Both the position numbers and the translations under genes were made by a program. Shown one piece after another: positions 37,657 to 47,610 of a DNA stretch of 64,000 nucleotides. The stretch's first letter is position 1; the number at the start of each line of letters is the position of its first letter. Under the pieces are notes generated by a model. The model had not been told where the DNA came from, did not search any database, and worked only from the letters and a program-made list of their open reading frames with translations. The stretch comes from an uncultured Candidatus Saccharibacteria bacterium (lineage in GTDB: Bacteria; Patescibacteriota; Minisyncoccia; Phycocordibacterales; UBA918). The stretch lies in assembly GCA_964350735.1 (NCBI GenBank), contig CAYGKO010000001.1, forward strand, positions 18,134-82,133. The letters are read 5' to 3'.

Positions 37657-38283
37657 TTAACGATCTGTAAACGCAACCTTAATGCCAAGAGCGACTAGTG
37701 CCCCACCAAGGAATTTGTTAAACACGCTCTGAAATCGATTGAGTTGGTGTTGTACTCGTTCTTGGGTAAAGGCCAAGGCAACAATCGTAAACCAGAGAGT
37801 AGTATTAGTGATCATAATTAGACTCATGACCATGAGAATGATACCGGGAGTTGCTGGATCGATTACGAGCGTAAAGAGACTTAAGAAAAAGAGGGTCACC
37901 TTTGGATTAAGAGCATTAGTCAGAAAACCAATCCGCACCGCTTGCCAGCGCGAAATCTCAGCCTTACTTTCTTCAGCTGTTACGGAGACTGCTTGAGACT
38001 TACTCAGGATGGCAGTAATTCCTAGATACACTAAATACGCCGCGCCCAAGAATTTAATAATTGTAAACAACAAAATCGACTGTGATATTAGTAAAGCTAA
38101 ACCAAGGACGCAGTACAACATATGAACACTGATACCAGCCCCCATGCCAACAGCAGTCCAAATACCCGTCCGTCGAGAATAAGTTAGAGAGTTTTTAACG
38201 ACTACAATAAAATCAGGACCAGGACTAATAACCCCCAACAGATGGATGAGTGTCACCGTACCAATAAGTGCTAGATATTCCAT
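37657..38283 (-). CDS. LysE/RhtB family exporter
   Basis: SPGPDF, GAAYL.YLG, GFLTN.LNPK. Confidence 0.9.
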   Translation of the reverse strand: MEYLALIGTVTLIHLLGVISPGPDFIVVVKNSLTYSRRTGIWTAVGMGAGISVHMLYCVLGLALLISQSILLFTIIKFLGAAYLVYLGITAILSKSQAVSVTAEESKAEISRWQAVRIGFLTNALNPKVTLFFLSLFTLVIDPATPGIILMVMSLIMITNTTLWFTIVALAFTQERVQHQLNRFQSVFNKFLGGALVALGIKVAFTDR

Positions 38284-38304
38284 AGAAATACATAGTAGCA
38301 AAAA

Positions 38305-38826
38305 TTAGGCGAGGTGTAACTTCTGATAATTAAATGTATCTAGATCAGATTTCAAATTATCCATACTATTCCCTGCCAACACCCCACCAGCAATAAACTT
38401 TTCTTGCGTAATATCTGCCAGACAAAAGTCTGACATCATAAAGTTATCTTTTTCTGTCTCTGTTTGGAATTCAAAATCAACTACTACTAAGCCAGCAAGA
38501 TCTCCAGTAAATACATCGAACTCAGCCGTTCTTCCTTCATGTTCGTAAAAATAGCGTAGTTTAGAAACTCGACGGCACCGAATTGATTTAAAACTGTTAA
38601 ATTCTTCTTCCATTAAAGGAATCGTGGTCTCTTCTTGTTTTGACGCATCTCCTTCGGAGGTCGGTACCTTACGAGTCAATTCGTACCTGTCCCCATTTTT
38701 ACGAATCCGTAAGTCAGCGTGATCGGTGCCATTTTCAACATATAAATCTATAATCTCTTTAGCGTCACAGGAGGATAACCCAACAGGGAGTGACTTCGCT
38801 AAGTACGTTAGTTCTAGTTCAATCAT
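38305..38826 (-). CDS. CYTH domain protein
   Basis: ELE N-terminus, LRIRK, K.RY, E.DVF...L.GL...DFEF. Confidence 0.8.
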   Translation of the reverse strand: MIELELTYLAKSLPVGLSSCDAKEIIDLYVENGTDHADLRIRKNGDRYELTRKVPTSEGDASKQEETTIPLMEEEFNSFKSIRCRRVSKLRYFYEHEGRTAEFDVFTGDLAGLVVVDFEFQTETEKDNFMMSDFCLADITQEKFIAGGVLAGNSMDNLKSDLDTFNYQKLHLA

Positions 38827-38830
38827 ACAT

Positions 38831-39910
38831 TTAATTTGGATCTAAATATCTCTTGAATTCTGTTAAATTTACACTTACAGATTGTTCACTACGATTAACA
38901 ACTAGTTCCCCGTCACTTGTTACATGTGCGTCAAAACCTTCAATATAATCAATTGGACTCGTAAGAGTCGTAGTATCATTTTGATCCCAATTAGAGTCCT
39001 GCAGAGCCGCATACGATCCTAACTGAAACAAAAATGAACGCATCGTCTCCTCATGAGTAAAATCAAGCTCGATATATTTTGCGCCTTCCTCTACTTCTGT
39101 TCCAGCACTTTCTAGGTGAGATACAAAACGCTGCGCTAACTCTCGACCATTTGAACAGTGTGCTTCTTCTAAAGCGGTTATAAAGGGTTCTGGTAACGTG
39201 TCAGTAACAAAAGCATGCCAAAACTCAGCAGTCTTGCCTCCATATTGCTCTTTTACTAATCCTTCAAATGTATCAAGGGCAGCTAGTCGTCGCTCTAATT
39301 CAGCTGGGATAGTATCTGGATCTAACTCAGCAAAGTCCGCATCAAGAGACTCACCATAATCACCCAAAAACGGTCGCTTAGCGCGATTGTATGGCAATAC
39401 TTGATTTTCACGTGGACCACCAGTAGTGTCTCTCAGGCGTTCACTCTCTAATTCAGCTTTTTGTGGCGCCTGCTCTTTCACCACTAAACCAGATTGATAC
39501 GCGAGTGCTTTTTCAAAAATTGCCCCGGTAATTGAAGTTCGTGCCACTGCCCGCATATTCTTTTTTTTCTTCTCACCTTCAGTGGGTGCTGGCGTATTAA
39601 CTTCAGATCTTGAGATGATGGCTGTTGGACTTTCTCCAATCACAATCATCTGATCTGTTTCACCAAAAAGAGCGGCAGCCCCTTTGGCCCAAGCAATTGC
39701 ATCATGTTTTGCTTGTCTAACCCCTTCTTCTGTCAAACTACCTGGGACCCCATTTTTGGTGTTAGGCTTATGCCATTCTGCATGACGACGAAATGAAAAA
39801 GTTTGCACTGAGGTGTTCTGCCAACGTTCTGGATCAAGAAACAATTCTGACTCAATTTGTTGTTCAACACCATGTTTCATGCCTGTTGCTTCATTAAATC
39901 TTTCGCTCAT
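38831..39910 (-). CDS. Divergent histidine-phosphatase-superfamily protein
   Basis: RRHA, LTEEG.RQA, SP...RT..T and THE..MR..L elements in the expected order. Confidence 0.5.
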   Translation of the reverse strand: MSERFNEATGMKHGVEQQIESELFLDPERWQNTSVQTFSFRRHAEWHKPNTKNGVPGSLTEEGVRQAKHDAIAWAKGAAALFGETDQMIVIGESPTAIISRSEVNTPAPTEGEKKKKNMRAVARTSITGAIFEKALAYQSGLVVKEQAPQKAELESERLRDTTGGPRENQVLPYNRAKRPFLGDYGESLDADFAELDPDTIPAELERRLAALDTFEGLVKEQYGGKTAEFWHAFVTDTLPEPFITALEEAHCSNGRELAQRFVSHLESAGTEVEEGAKYIELDFTHEETMRSFLFQLGSYAALQDSNWDQNDTTTLTSPIDYIEGFDAHVTSDGELVVNRSEQSVSVNLTEFKRYLDPN

Positions 39911-39919
39911 ATCAAATAA

Positions 39920-41938
39920 TTATAGCTTTCTAATAACACCTGTGTTGGCATTAACTTCAATCTTATCCCCCGTTTTAATTTTACTCGTTGCTCCTTCTAC
40001 TCCAACCACGCACGGGATCTGTAACTCTCGAGCAACAATGGCCGCATGGGATAACATACCTCCTTGGTTTGTTATTATAGCAGCAGCTTTTCCACACGCA
40101 GCTATAATTTCAGGCACAGTTGAATCAACCACCAATACTTCACCTGCCCGTATCTCTTGCACAAGTTGACTCATTTCTTCAAAATTTGAGGCAGATACGT
40201 GAGCCACTCGTGCAATAGCTTGTACAACCCCCGGGAAGGCTGTTAGCCCAACCAAATCATCAGTGTCAGACTCATAGATGATATGCTCAACTTTTTCACC
40301 AGCGTGTTCGTGCAAGAGAACAAGTTCATCAAAATACATAACATAGCCTTTCCGTCGCTCGGCCAGTAACTCAGGGGTGATTCGTTGCGTAGGATTGTCA
40401 AATAGGTTGACTACCTCAGGCATTTTATACCACTGTAAATCCGACAGAGGAATAGAAAATATTTCTGATACCCACTGCAATAACTGCTTCATTAAGGCAT
40501 CATCTGTGTATCCAATCTGGTTGACCATTTTTCTCCCCCCTAATTTAAACTTTTCAAAATCACGAATAAAGTTTAGGTCCTCAGCTTTAGCTTCGTAAAT
40601 ACCATCAGTATAGAAAAATTCAGTAAAGCGGTATTGGGCCGATAATTCATCGACGGCATCCAAGTACGGCAACAGATTCGCTTTTGTGCACTCCATTTTT
40701 AAAGTCTGAAACGTATCCTGAACACTCTCATAAGACTGAAAAACATCTGATTTTAATTGCTGGTATGCAACTGCATCTAGATAGATTGATTTAGCTTTAG
40801 TTTTAGTTGCTTCTAATGCCCCTTTTAATATATAGCTTTTAAAAACACCGTTACTGTACGTCACCAACCCACCCAAGTCAGCAATATGAAACAGAAATCC
40901 GAAGGCAAAAAAATAACTAGTGGCGTCATCTATCTGAGTAAACTTTTGATACTCATCAAGATTAATGGCCCGTATCTCAGTTTGCGAATGCTTAATAGTT
41001 TGATTAAAAGTTGTAATTGGACGACTCTGTGTAACATATAAAATATCGTCAGCAAATACCCACTCAACATCACATGGCTCGTTAGTACTTACTTCGATTG
41101 ATCGCATCACTTTCGCAACTTCGCTAATTTCCATATCTGTTAAAACTCTTGATGTGGCTTCTTGATCTGACAAATCTCTCCACTCATTCCCGGTATCAGT
41201 TGAAAACAATCCTTTGGTTTTTGTGGCTATTTTTTCATCAATAATACTATTCGCGCCTTTCGCTACAACATAATTATCTGGTGTAATAACACCTGACACT
41301 ATTGCCTCGCCTAAACCGAAAGCTGCTTCAATGACCATTTCATCATAATTATTATTAACTGGATTTATAGAAAATCCTACACCCGATTTTTCACCTAAGA
41401 TCATCACTTGAACAACAACCGCCATTTTTAGAGACGTATTTAAAATATCATGCTGTGAACGATACATGAGCGCTTCAGCTGAGTACAGCGAGGACCAACA
41501 TTTTTTAACAGCTTCTAACAGATCATCTGACTGCACGTTCATATAACTTGAAAATTGCCCAGCCCAAGCAGCAGAACTACTATCCTCAACCGTAGCTGAA
41601 GATCGAACTGCAACAGCCACACTTCCTAGTGAATTATATGAATCAAAAATTTCTGTAATCAATTGTTTAGGAATAGCGCACCCTTGTATTACTTTCTGGA
41701 TATAGACCGCCTCTGCTCGTATTTGTTCAATCTGTGAGGGACTAGTAATTGAAAGAATGTGGTTAATTTCATTCTGAATATCCCTCGTAACCAACTCAAA
41801 TGCGTCTGTTTCTATTACAAAACCAGGTGGTACATTCACCCCCAAAGAAATAAGTTTTCCAAGCGAGTGGGCTTTTCCTCCGATTTCATTAATATCAGCA
41901 TTAGCTAATTCTGCGAGAGATCGCATATACATAGACAT
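39920..41938 (-). CDS. PEP-synthase-like dikinase (ATP-grasp + central domain + C-terminal phospho-His swivel domain)
   Basis: GGKA..L, VPPGF, AVRSSA..ED, GLGE.IVSG, DVEW, QSRPIT; GGMLSHAAIVARE. Confidence 0.82.
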   Translation of the reverse strand: MSMYMRSLAELANADINEIGGKAHSLGKLISLGVNVPPGFVIETDAFELVTRDIQNEINHILSITSPSQIEQIRAEAVYIQKVIQGCAIPKQLITEIFDSYNSLGSVAVAVRSSATVEDSSSAAWAGQFSSYMNVQSDDLLEAVKKCWSSLYSAEALMYRSQHDILNTSLKMAVVVQVMILGEKSGVGFSINPVNNNYDEMVIEAAFGLGEAIVSGVITPDNYVVAKGANSIIDEKIATKTKGLFSTDTGNEWRDLSDQEATSRVLTDMEISEVAKVMRSIEVSTNEPCDVEWVFADDILYVTQSRPITTFNQTIKHSQTEIRAINLDEYQKFTQIDDATSYFFAFGFLFHIADLGGLVTYSNGVFKSYILKGALEATKTKAKSIYLDAVAYQQLKSDVFQSYESVQDTFQTLKMECTKANLLPYLDAVDELSAQYRFTEFFYTDGIYEAKAEDLNFIRDFEKFKLGGRKMVNQIGYTDDALMKQLLQWVSEIFSIPLSDLQWYKMPEVVNLFDNPTQRITPELLAERRKGYVMYFDELVLLHEHAGEKVEHIIYESDTDDLVGLTAFPGVVQAIARVAHVSASNFEEMSQLVQEIRAGEVLVVDSTVPEIIAACGKAAAIITNQGGMLSHAAIVARELQIPCVVGVEGATSKIKTGDKIEVNANTGVIRKL

Positions 41939-42035
41939 TACTCATCATCATACCAAAAAGCCGAACACTATGTGCTCGGCTTTTGATTTTACTTTGTATT
42001 CTTGCAAAAATGTAGAAATTGAATGAGTCACCAAC

Positions 42036-42159
42036 TAAAACTGACAGAATCAGATGAAATACAAGGAGCCTAAAGAAAAATGACCCGAGTGGGGCAGGTG
42101 CCCAGCGAGGATCATTTTTGTTGTAGCGACGCAGTAGTGCGCTGATTCTGTCAGTTTTA
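42036..42159 (+). repeat. ERIC-like structured intergenic element, copy 4
   Basis: 18-bp perfect outer stem; ACAAGGAGC ... CGAG-TGGGGCAGGTGCCCAG-CGAG ... GCGACGCAG. Confidence 0.65.
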
Positions 42160-42233
42160 AACTTTTTTGGTCTAGCGATTTGCCCAAGGACAACCCAAAT
42201 CGGGACATAAAAGGTTTATAGTCGCTACGCTCG

Positions 42234-42779
42234 TTAAACCTTTTTAACTTGGAGGAAGTCGAGTTCTACCGGAGTTTCGCGGCCGAACATTGAAACGAGT
42301 ACTTTCACCTTCCCTCGTTCCTCATCAATCTCTCCTACCTTCCCTTCTAGTTCCTTGAATGGGCCATCATTGATGATGATCATGTCATCAATCGAGAGGT
42401 CTACTTGGTGCTTCGGAGTATCTGCTTCCATTCGGCCCATTAGCGCCTTGTACTCTTCTTCAGAGAGCGGTACTGGCTGTGTTCCACTACCAACGAATCC
42501 GGTTACTCGGGGGGTGTTTCGTACGACGTACCATGATTCGTCATCTACGATCATCTCTACCAAGACGTACCCTGGATATACTCGCTCTTCTTCAGTGACA
42601 CGCTTACCACCTTTCACTCGAATCTTTTTTTCCGTTGGGACCACTACATCAAAAATCTTATCGTTCATGTTGAGCGAATCCATTCGTTGCTTGAGGTTAC
42701 GGGCGACAGCGTTTTCATACCCAGAGTAGGTATGAATCGCGTACCAGTTTCGTTCACCAGTGCTGTGTTGCTTAGCCAT
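42234..42779 (-). CDS. nusG: Transcription elongation factor NusG
   Basis: WYAIHTYSGYE, PGYVLVEM, VRNTP.VTGFVG, KOW, FGRETPVEL. Confidence 0.98.
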   Translation of the reverse strand: MAKQHSTGERNWYAIHTYSGYENAVARNLKQRMDSLNMNDKIFDVVVPTEKKIRVKGGKRVTEEERVYPGYVLVEMIVDDESWYVVRNTPRVTGFVGSGTQPVPLSEEEYKALMGRMEADTPKHQVDLSIDDMIIINDGPFKELEGKVGEIDEERGKVKVLVSMFGRETPVELDFLQVKKV

Positions 42780-42784
42780 ATAAA

Positions 42785-42964
42785 TTAAATAACGCTGTTA
42801 AGAACCTGAGTAAAGACGTAGTCAAACGCTCCTACAAACAAGGCTACGAAGATAGAGACACCAATAACTAACGCACTATAAATGATAGTTTGCGTCTGAG
42901 TTGGCCAAGATACGTGCTTCATTTCAGCTACGGTATCTTTGAAATATTTGCTAATTCGATTCAT
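42785..42964 (-). CDS. secE: Preprotein translocase subunit SecE
   Basis: EMKHVSWP plus one TM, directly upstream of nusG. Confidence 0.93.
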   Translation of the reverse strand: MNRISKYFKDTVAEMKHVSWPTQTQTIIYSALVIGVSIFVALFVGAFDYVFTQVLNSVI

Positions 42965-43037
42965 GATGTGTGAAAAATAATGTGGTTCTAAAAAACCCCT
43001 CGCGGGGTGAATTAGATATATAATACGCTTTGTTTGA

Positions 43038-43080
43038 GAAAAGTAAAGAGCGACCAATTTACGGTCGCTCTTTACTTTTT
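43038..43080 (-). terminator. Terminator downstream of the SIMPL gene
   Basis: AAAAGTAAAGAGCGACC..GGTCGCTCTTTACTTTT. Confidence 0.75.
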
Positions 43081-43094
43081 CTACACGCTTTCGA

Positions 43095-43898
43095 TTACTT
43101 TACCTCGTAAGTAATATTCACCACTCGGCGAATCATGTTTTCACCGGTTGGTAGCTCGGGAGAAAATTTTGCTTCATCCATTGCCATTTCGAGGTTCATG
43201 GTTCGACTTTCCGCAAAGTACATCTCGCCTCCAAAACCACCATTCTCCTCATAGAAGCCCGCAATCTTCACCAACTTCACATCGAGATCTTTAGCCAATA
43301 GCTTAGCTTTTGTTTTAGCGTCAGCGATCGCTTTTGCCCGTGCTTCAGCCTCCAACGTTGATTCGTCATCGATAGTGAACTGTAAGCTACTGATATTAGT
43401 AGCGCCGCGCTCTCCAACACCTGAGATCAGGTCTCCCGCAGCATCAAGATCGCGTACCTTTACGGTGACGCTCTGATTTACTTCATAGCCATCAATCACT
43501 CGCTCCCCCGGTGGACAAAAACTGCCTGAAACACACACCCGCTCTTCATACCGATACTTCGGGTTAAGGTTGTAGTTCTGGGTTTTAACATCTTTCTCCT
43601 CCACTCCTTCGGAGTCTAGAAACGCTAAGATAGCATTAGTGTCTTCAGCTGAAGCTTCTTGGGCTGCTGCCGCGTCTACACCTTCAGCGCGCACTGAGAA
43701 TGAGAACGTGCCGATGTCAGGCTTAGCCAACACCTCTCCCTCGCCTTGAACCGAGATAGTCGTCGGACCATACTGCCCCTGACCAACAAGATCCCAGGTG
43801 GCCTGAGCATATGCAGCCAAAGCCAATACTGCCATTACTAGCACTGCTGCAGCCAGCCAACGCATGTACCCGTAACTAAAAAGTGATTGTGATTCCAT
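43095..43898 (-). CDS. SIMPL (DUF541) domain protein
   Basis: ISV.GEG.V...PD, GY.V.Q.V.V.VRD, A..KA..LA. Confidence 0.88.
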   Translation of the reverse strand: MESQSLFSYGYMRWLAAAVLVMAVLALAAYAQATWDLVGQGQYGPTTISVQGEGEVLAKPDIGTFSFSVRAEGVDAAAAQEASAEDTNAILAFLDSEGVEEKDVKTQNYNLNPKYRYEERVCVSGSFCPPGERVIDGYEVNQSVTVKVRDLDAAGDLISGVGERGATNISSLQFTIDDESTLEAEARAKAIADAKTKAKLLAKDLDVKLVKIAGFYEENGGFGGEMYFAESRTMNLEMAMDEAKFSPELPTGENMIRRVVNITYEVK

Positions 43899-43939
43899 AT
43901 AAAGAAATTTAGAAATAATACTAAGTATATACCTCCCTA

Positions 43940-44890
43940 CTACTGCAGTCGACTGATCAGCTCCTGCAATGCAGTTATCAGTTGCAGACGCATCTTGGCT
44001 CCTGTACTCAGACCACAAATAGCCCCAAATGCTTCTAAGTCAGCTGCTGTTGGTGCATAACCTGACTGCGCACCCAGTAAGAAGTGCATTGTCGCTGACT
44101 CACTCTCGACGTGATCGATCGACAACGCATGACCGAGTTCGTGCACCAGAACTAAACGCAACTCTTCAGCATCTTTGAACGTATAAATATTAATCGCATC
44201 ACCGACATAATCACCCTGAGTAAATTCTCGACCTGAACCGAAGGTGTCATTAAAGGTTTCTACTCCTCGGTTGTAGGTTTCAATCAACTGATTCCCTTGA
44301 TTGCCCATAGCATTTATTTCTGCCACCTGGTCATTAAGTGATTCAATCTGACTATTCAACGCTCGTTGCTTGCGGTCGAGCGTACTCTTTTCTGCTTCAA
44401 GCTCATCAAACACTTCGGGTGGCGCTCCCCCCTCTTCGTTATATGAAGCCACCGTCGCATTGTACTGGCTCAGCTCTTTTTCATATGACGCTACATCTGT
44501 CTCGTAGGCAGCGACCGCAGCTTCGTACGCCGCTACTAAGCGATTGTATTTTTCTTGCACCGTTTCACTTAGCTCTTCGGCATTATCGAGTCGATCTAAA
44601 AACGCCCCTTCTGCATCAATAAATATCTGACGTTCGTCAAAAATAAAGTTAATAGAGAAATCAGCTGTCTCGCTATAGGTAAAAAGATTTCGCTCAGTCG
44701 CATCTTCCCACGCTGCTTCAGCGTCAGTGATCGCCAAGCGCGCTTCGTCAAAAGAAAGATCAAACCGATCATCTAAAACCCCGATCCGATACTCGAGCGG
44801 GATCGCACAAATTGCACTGGCACTTTGATAAAAGTATCCACCAGCAAACAGGATAGTAACTATGAGCGTGACGATGTAGATTGATCGCAT
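43940..44890 (-). CDS. Matrixin-like zinc metalloprotease with coiled-coil insert
   Basis: Signal/TM, HELGHALSIDH, Met-turn. Confidence 0.8.
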   Translation of the reverse strand: MRSIYIVTLIVTILFAGGYFYQSASAICAIPLEYRIGVLDDRFDLSFDEARLAITDAEAAWEDATERNLFTYSETADFSINFIFDERQIFIDAEGAFLDRLDNAEELSETVQEKYNRLVAAYEAAVAAYETDVASYEKELSQYNATVASYNEEGGAPPEVFDELEAEKSTLDRKQRALNSQIESLNDQVAEINAMGNQGNQLIETYNRGVETFNDTFGSGREFTQGDYVGDAINIYTFKDAEELRLVLVHELGHALSIDHVESESATMHFLLGAQSGYAPTAADLEAFGAICGLSTGAKMRLQLITALQELISRLQ

Positions 44891-45001
44891 AGAGATATGA
44901 TAGCAAATACTTTCTAATATCAGAATTGCATACTTTCCTTGACTACTCATGTGTGTGTAGTATGGTTTTATCAAATTTCAACCAGGTCAAGGAGGACCAT
45001 C

Positions 45002-45616
45002 ATGGAACGTACTTTGAAAGAAACGATCGAAATCGCGATCGCTGTTCATGTAGATTCGCTCTCACGAGCAGCAGCAATCTGCGCGGTGGTCGACAAAAAA
45101 GACGACTACGATGAAGTGATTCGCCTACTGTTTGAGGATTTTTCTGATCCTACACCACCTAGGGCAACCTTCTCACCGCTCAAGCTGTTCGAGCGCCTCA
45201 TACCTGAACTCACCCTCGACCAGATCATGGTGATGGTGGGCTACGACATCAGCGTGCCAAAAACTGAAGACGGGGCTCAACTCGATGGAATTTTTGACCT
45301 CATCGAACATTGGACGATTGAGCACCTAGATGTAATGACTCGCGCTGAGCGTCAGTTATTCTTCGAACAGATCATGACCGCTCATTACAATAAAAGAACT
45401 CTTAGACAAGGGGTTCACTGTATGATCGATCTTCTGGCACCAACCAAATTCTCTACACATCCACTTTGGGGATTAATAAAATTAGCTGAAGATGCAGCCC
45501 GTCAAAATGACGGGAGTCCAGGCTACGAAGATGCCTACCAGCATGTCTTCAACGGTATCCGGTCCTTGTTCTACCAACAAGGTATTGCTGCAGAAGATTG
45601 GGAAATGTCAGAATAA
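45002..45616 (+). CDS. Hypothetical protein
   Basis: AGGAGG SD before ATG 45002; helical acidic ORF followed by a terminator-like hairpin. Confidence 0.6.
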   Translation: MERTLKETIEIAIAVHVDSLSRAAAICAVVDKKDDYDEVIRLLFEDFSDPTPPRATFSPLKLFERLIPELTLDQIMVMVGYDISVPKTEDGAQLDGIFDLIEHWTIEHLDVMTRAERQLFFEQIMTAHYNKRTLRQGVHCMIDLLAPTKFSTHPLWGLIKLAEDAARQNDGSPGYEDAYQHVFNGIRSLFYQQGIAAEDWEMSE

Positions 45617-45698
45617 GCACCAAGACGATCGATGTAACGGGCGCCACCTGGCGCCCGTCCGCCCCTGGCATTAGCCACGGGCTTTTTCTTTATCTCCA

Positions 45699-45791
45699 GA
45701 ACCAACTGGCTGATTGCTCGCGTTCGCGGGGATCAAGCGCTCACAAAACATGACAAACATCCAAGTGTGCGAGCAATCAGCCAGTTGGTTC
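45699..45791. repeat. Inverted repeat with 23-bp perfect arms (MITE/REP-like)
   Basis: GAACCAACTGGCTGATTGCTCGC ... GCGAGCAATCAGCCAGTTGGTTC. Confidence 0.8.
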
Positions 45792-45799
45792 GGTACTAC

Positions 45800-45849
45800 C
45801 ACAGCAGCAAAAAACCTTTCGATATATCGAAAGGTTTTTTGCTGCTGTG
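45800..45849. repeat. Perfect 50-bp palindrome just after the nrdA stop, sharing arms with the 5906/6353 palindrome
   Basis: CACAGCAGCAAAAAACCTTTCGATA|TATCGAAAGGTTTTTTGCTGCTGTG. Confidence 0.85.
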
Positions 45850-45858
45850 CCTTTGCTA

Positions 45859-47565
45859 TTAGTTCCCTGCTTCGGCATTCTCTTCTGAGCGGGCCAGCTT
45901 CTGTCGCGTGAGCTCTTGGGCGGCATTCATACTGTGCTGGTAGTAGAGTGTTTTTACACCACTCTTCCAGGCCTGTACGTACAGCGCATTGGTTTCCTTT
46001 GGAGTTACACTTGGCGGCACCATGATGTTAAGTGACTGACCTTGGTCGATATGTGGCTGTCGCTCCGCTGCACGGGCAATCACGACTGACTGGTCGACTT
46101 CAGCAAAAGTACGGAAGACGGCTTTTTCATTATCGTCGAGGAAGTCGAGGTGTTGGACTGATCCATCATTGTCCCGAATATCATTCCACACTTCTTTATC
46201 ATTTTTTCCTTTTTCTTCAAGAATCTCTTCGAGGAATGGGTTCTTGATCGTCACCTTTAGCTTCGCTACGTCTTTCACGTAACAGTTGCTCCAGACCGGC
46301 TCAATCCCTTGTGATACTTGTCCAAGGATAAATGCACTAGAAGTAGTTGGCGCAATCGCCATAGTAGTCGTGTGTCGGCGGCCATAGCCTTTAAGGATTT
46401 CGGGCTCACCAAACTCTTTAGCCATTTCAGCAGAAGCGGCGTGTGAACGTTCATGCATCAACTTAAAGACTTCTTCGTTGATCGCCTTCGCTTCATCACT
46501 ACCAAACGAGACACGCTTACTTTGCATCAATGAGTGATACCCAAGGACTCCGAGTCCAAGCGCGCGATTGGCTTTAGCAAAGTTGTATGGTCGTTCCATA
46601 AACTTAAACGCGAGTTGCTTGTCTTGCTCTTCACTATCACGCATCGCTTCTAGCTTATTGATGAAGTCAGTCATCACCGCTTCAAGGAAGTACGTCATGG
46701 TTTCTACCAAGTCACTGTCCTTCCAGTCATCATAGTGCAGCAGGTTGATTGAGGATAGACAACAGACAAACGACCACTCCTTACTGCTCGGCAACATAAT
46801 CTCACTACACACATTACTCGCGTAGATTGGAAGATTGTTGTCTTTATAGACATCGGGTCGCTGATCATTGGCGTTATCAATAAACATGATGTACGGGTAT
46901 CCAATTTCACCACGACGTTGAATAACCTTCGCCCAAATCGCTCGCTTAGCTTCATCACCCGCAATCATCGACTCCATCCATTCGTTGGTTACCGTCACGG
47001 CGTGATTGATCTTTTGGATCGGATTTCCTTCGGTACCAATATCGAGGAATTCTGAAATATCTGGGTGCTCAACTGGCAAGTAGGCTGCGAACACACCGCG
47101 GCGAGTAGCTCCTTGACTCACCACGTCAAGAATCTTCTCAAACAGCTGCATGAAGTGCACCGGACCAGACGAAGTACCGTTTTGGGTAATTGACTCACCC
47201 CGAGCACGCAGATCACCAAAGTAGGCAGAACAGCCGCCTCCATACTTACTCATCATTCCTACTTCTGCTTCAGTATGCAGAATGTTGGCCATATCGTCCG
47301 CCACGTACGAACCAAAACAACTGATCGGCAGTCCCCGCTTCAGCCCGAAGTTTGCCCATACTGGTGTGGCTAGAGAAATCCAGCCCTTACTCATGTAGTC
47401 TTCAAATTTTTCAGCAAACCCGTCTTTACCGAGTGTCTCCTCTGCAAATTCTGCAATGGCACGCACTCGCTCTTCAGTGGTTTGGCCATCCACTAAATAT
47501 CCTCGGGCCATAAAAGCTCGAGTGTTCTCGTTTACCCAATACCATGGTTCGCTTCGATTTGTCAT
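45859..47565 (-). CDS. nrdA: Class I ribonucleotide reductase alpha subunit (no ATP-cone)
   Basis: PISCF, SNVCSEI, VCCLSS, AIAPT, KTLYY. Confidence 0.93.
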   Translation of the reverse strand: MTNRSEPWYWVNENTRAFMARGYLVDGQTTEERVRAIAEFAEETLGKDGFAEKFEDYMSKGWISLATPVWANFGLKRGLPISCFGSYVADDMANILHTEAEVGMMSKYGGGCSAYFGDLRARGESITQNGTSSGPVHFMQLFEKILDVVSQGATRRGVFAAYLPVEHPDISEFLDIGTEGNPIQKINHAVTVTNEWMESMIAGDEAKRAIWAKVIQRRGEIGYPYIMFIDNANDQRPDVYKDNNLPIYASNVCSEIMLPSSKEWSFVCCLSSINLLHYDDWKDSDLVETMTYFLEAVMTDFINKLEAMRDSEEQDKQLAFKFMERPYNFAKANRALGLGVLGYHSLMQSKRVSFGSDEAKAINEEVFKLMHERSHAASAEMAKEFGEPEILKGYGRRHTTTMAIAPTTSSAFILGQVSQGIEPVWSNCYVKDVAKLKVTIKNPFLEEILEEKGKNDKEVWNDIRDNDGSVQHLDFLDDNEKAVFRTFAEVDQSVVIARAAERQPHIDQGQSLNIMVPPSVTPKETNALYVQAWKSGVKTLYYQHSMNAAQELTRQKLARSEENAEAGN

Positions 47566-47610
47566 ACAGTCAATGTAAGTGAGTAATATATAGCGGTTAT
47601 TGTACCAAGC

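Noticed and set aside
39920-41938. Calling the gene ppsA or rifampin phosphotransferase
   Set aside because: It lacks the PEP-synthase C-terminal barrel, and the central domain cannot be matched to RPH by eye
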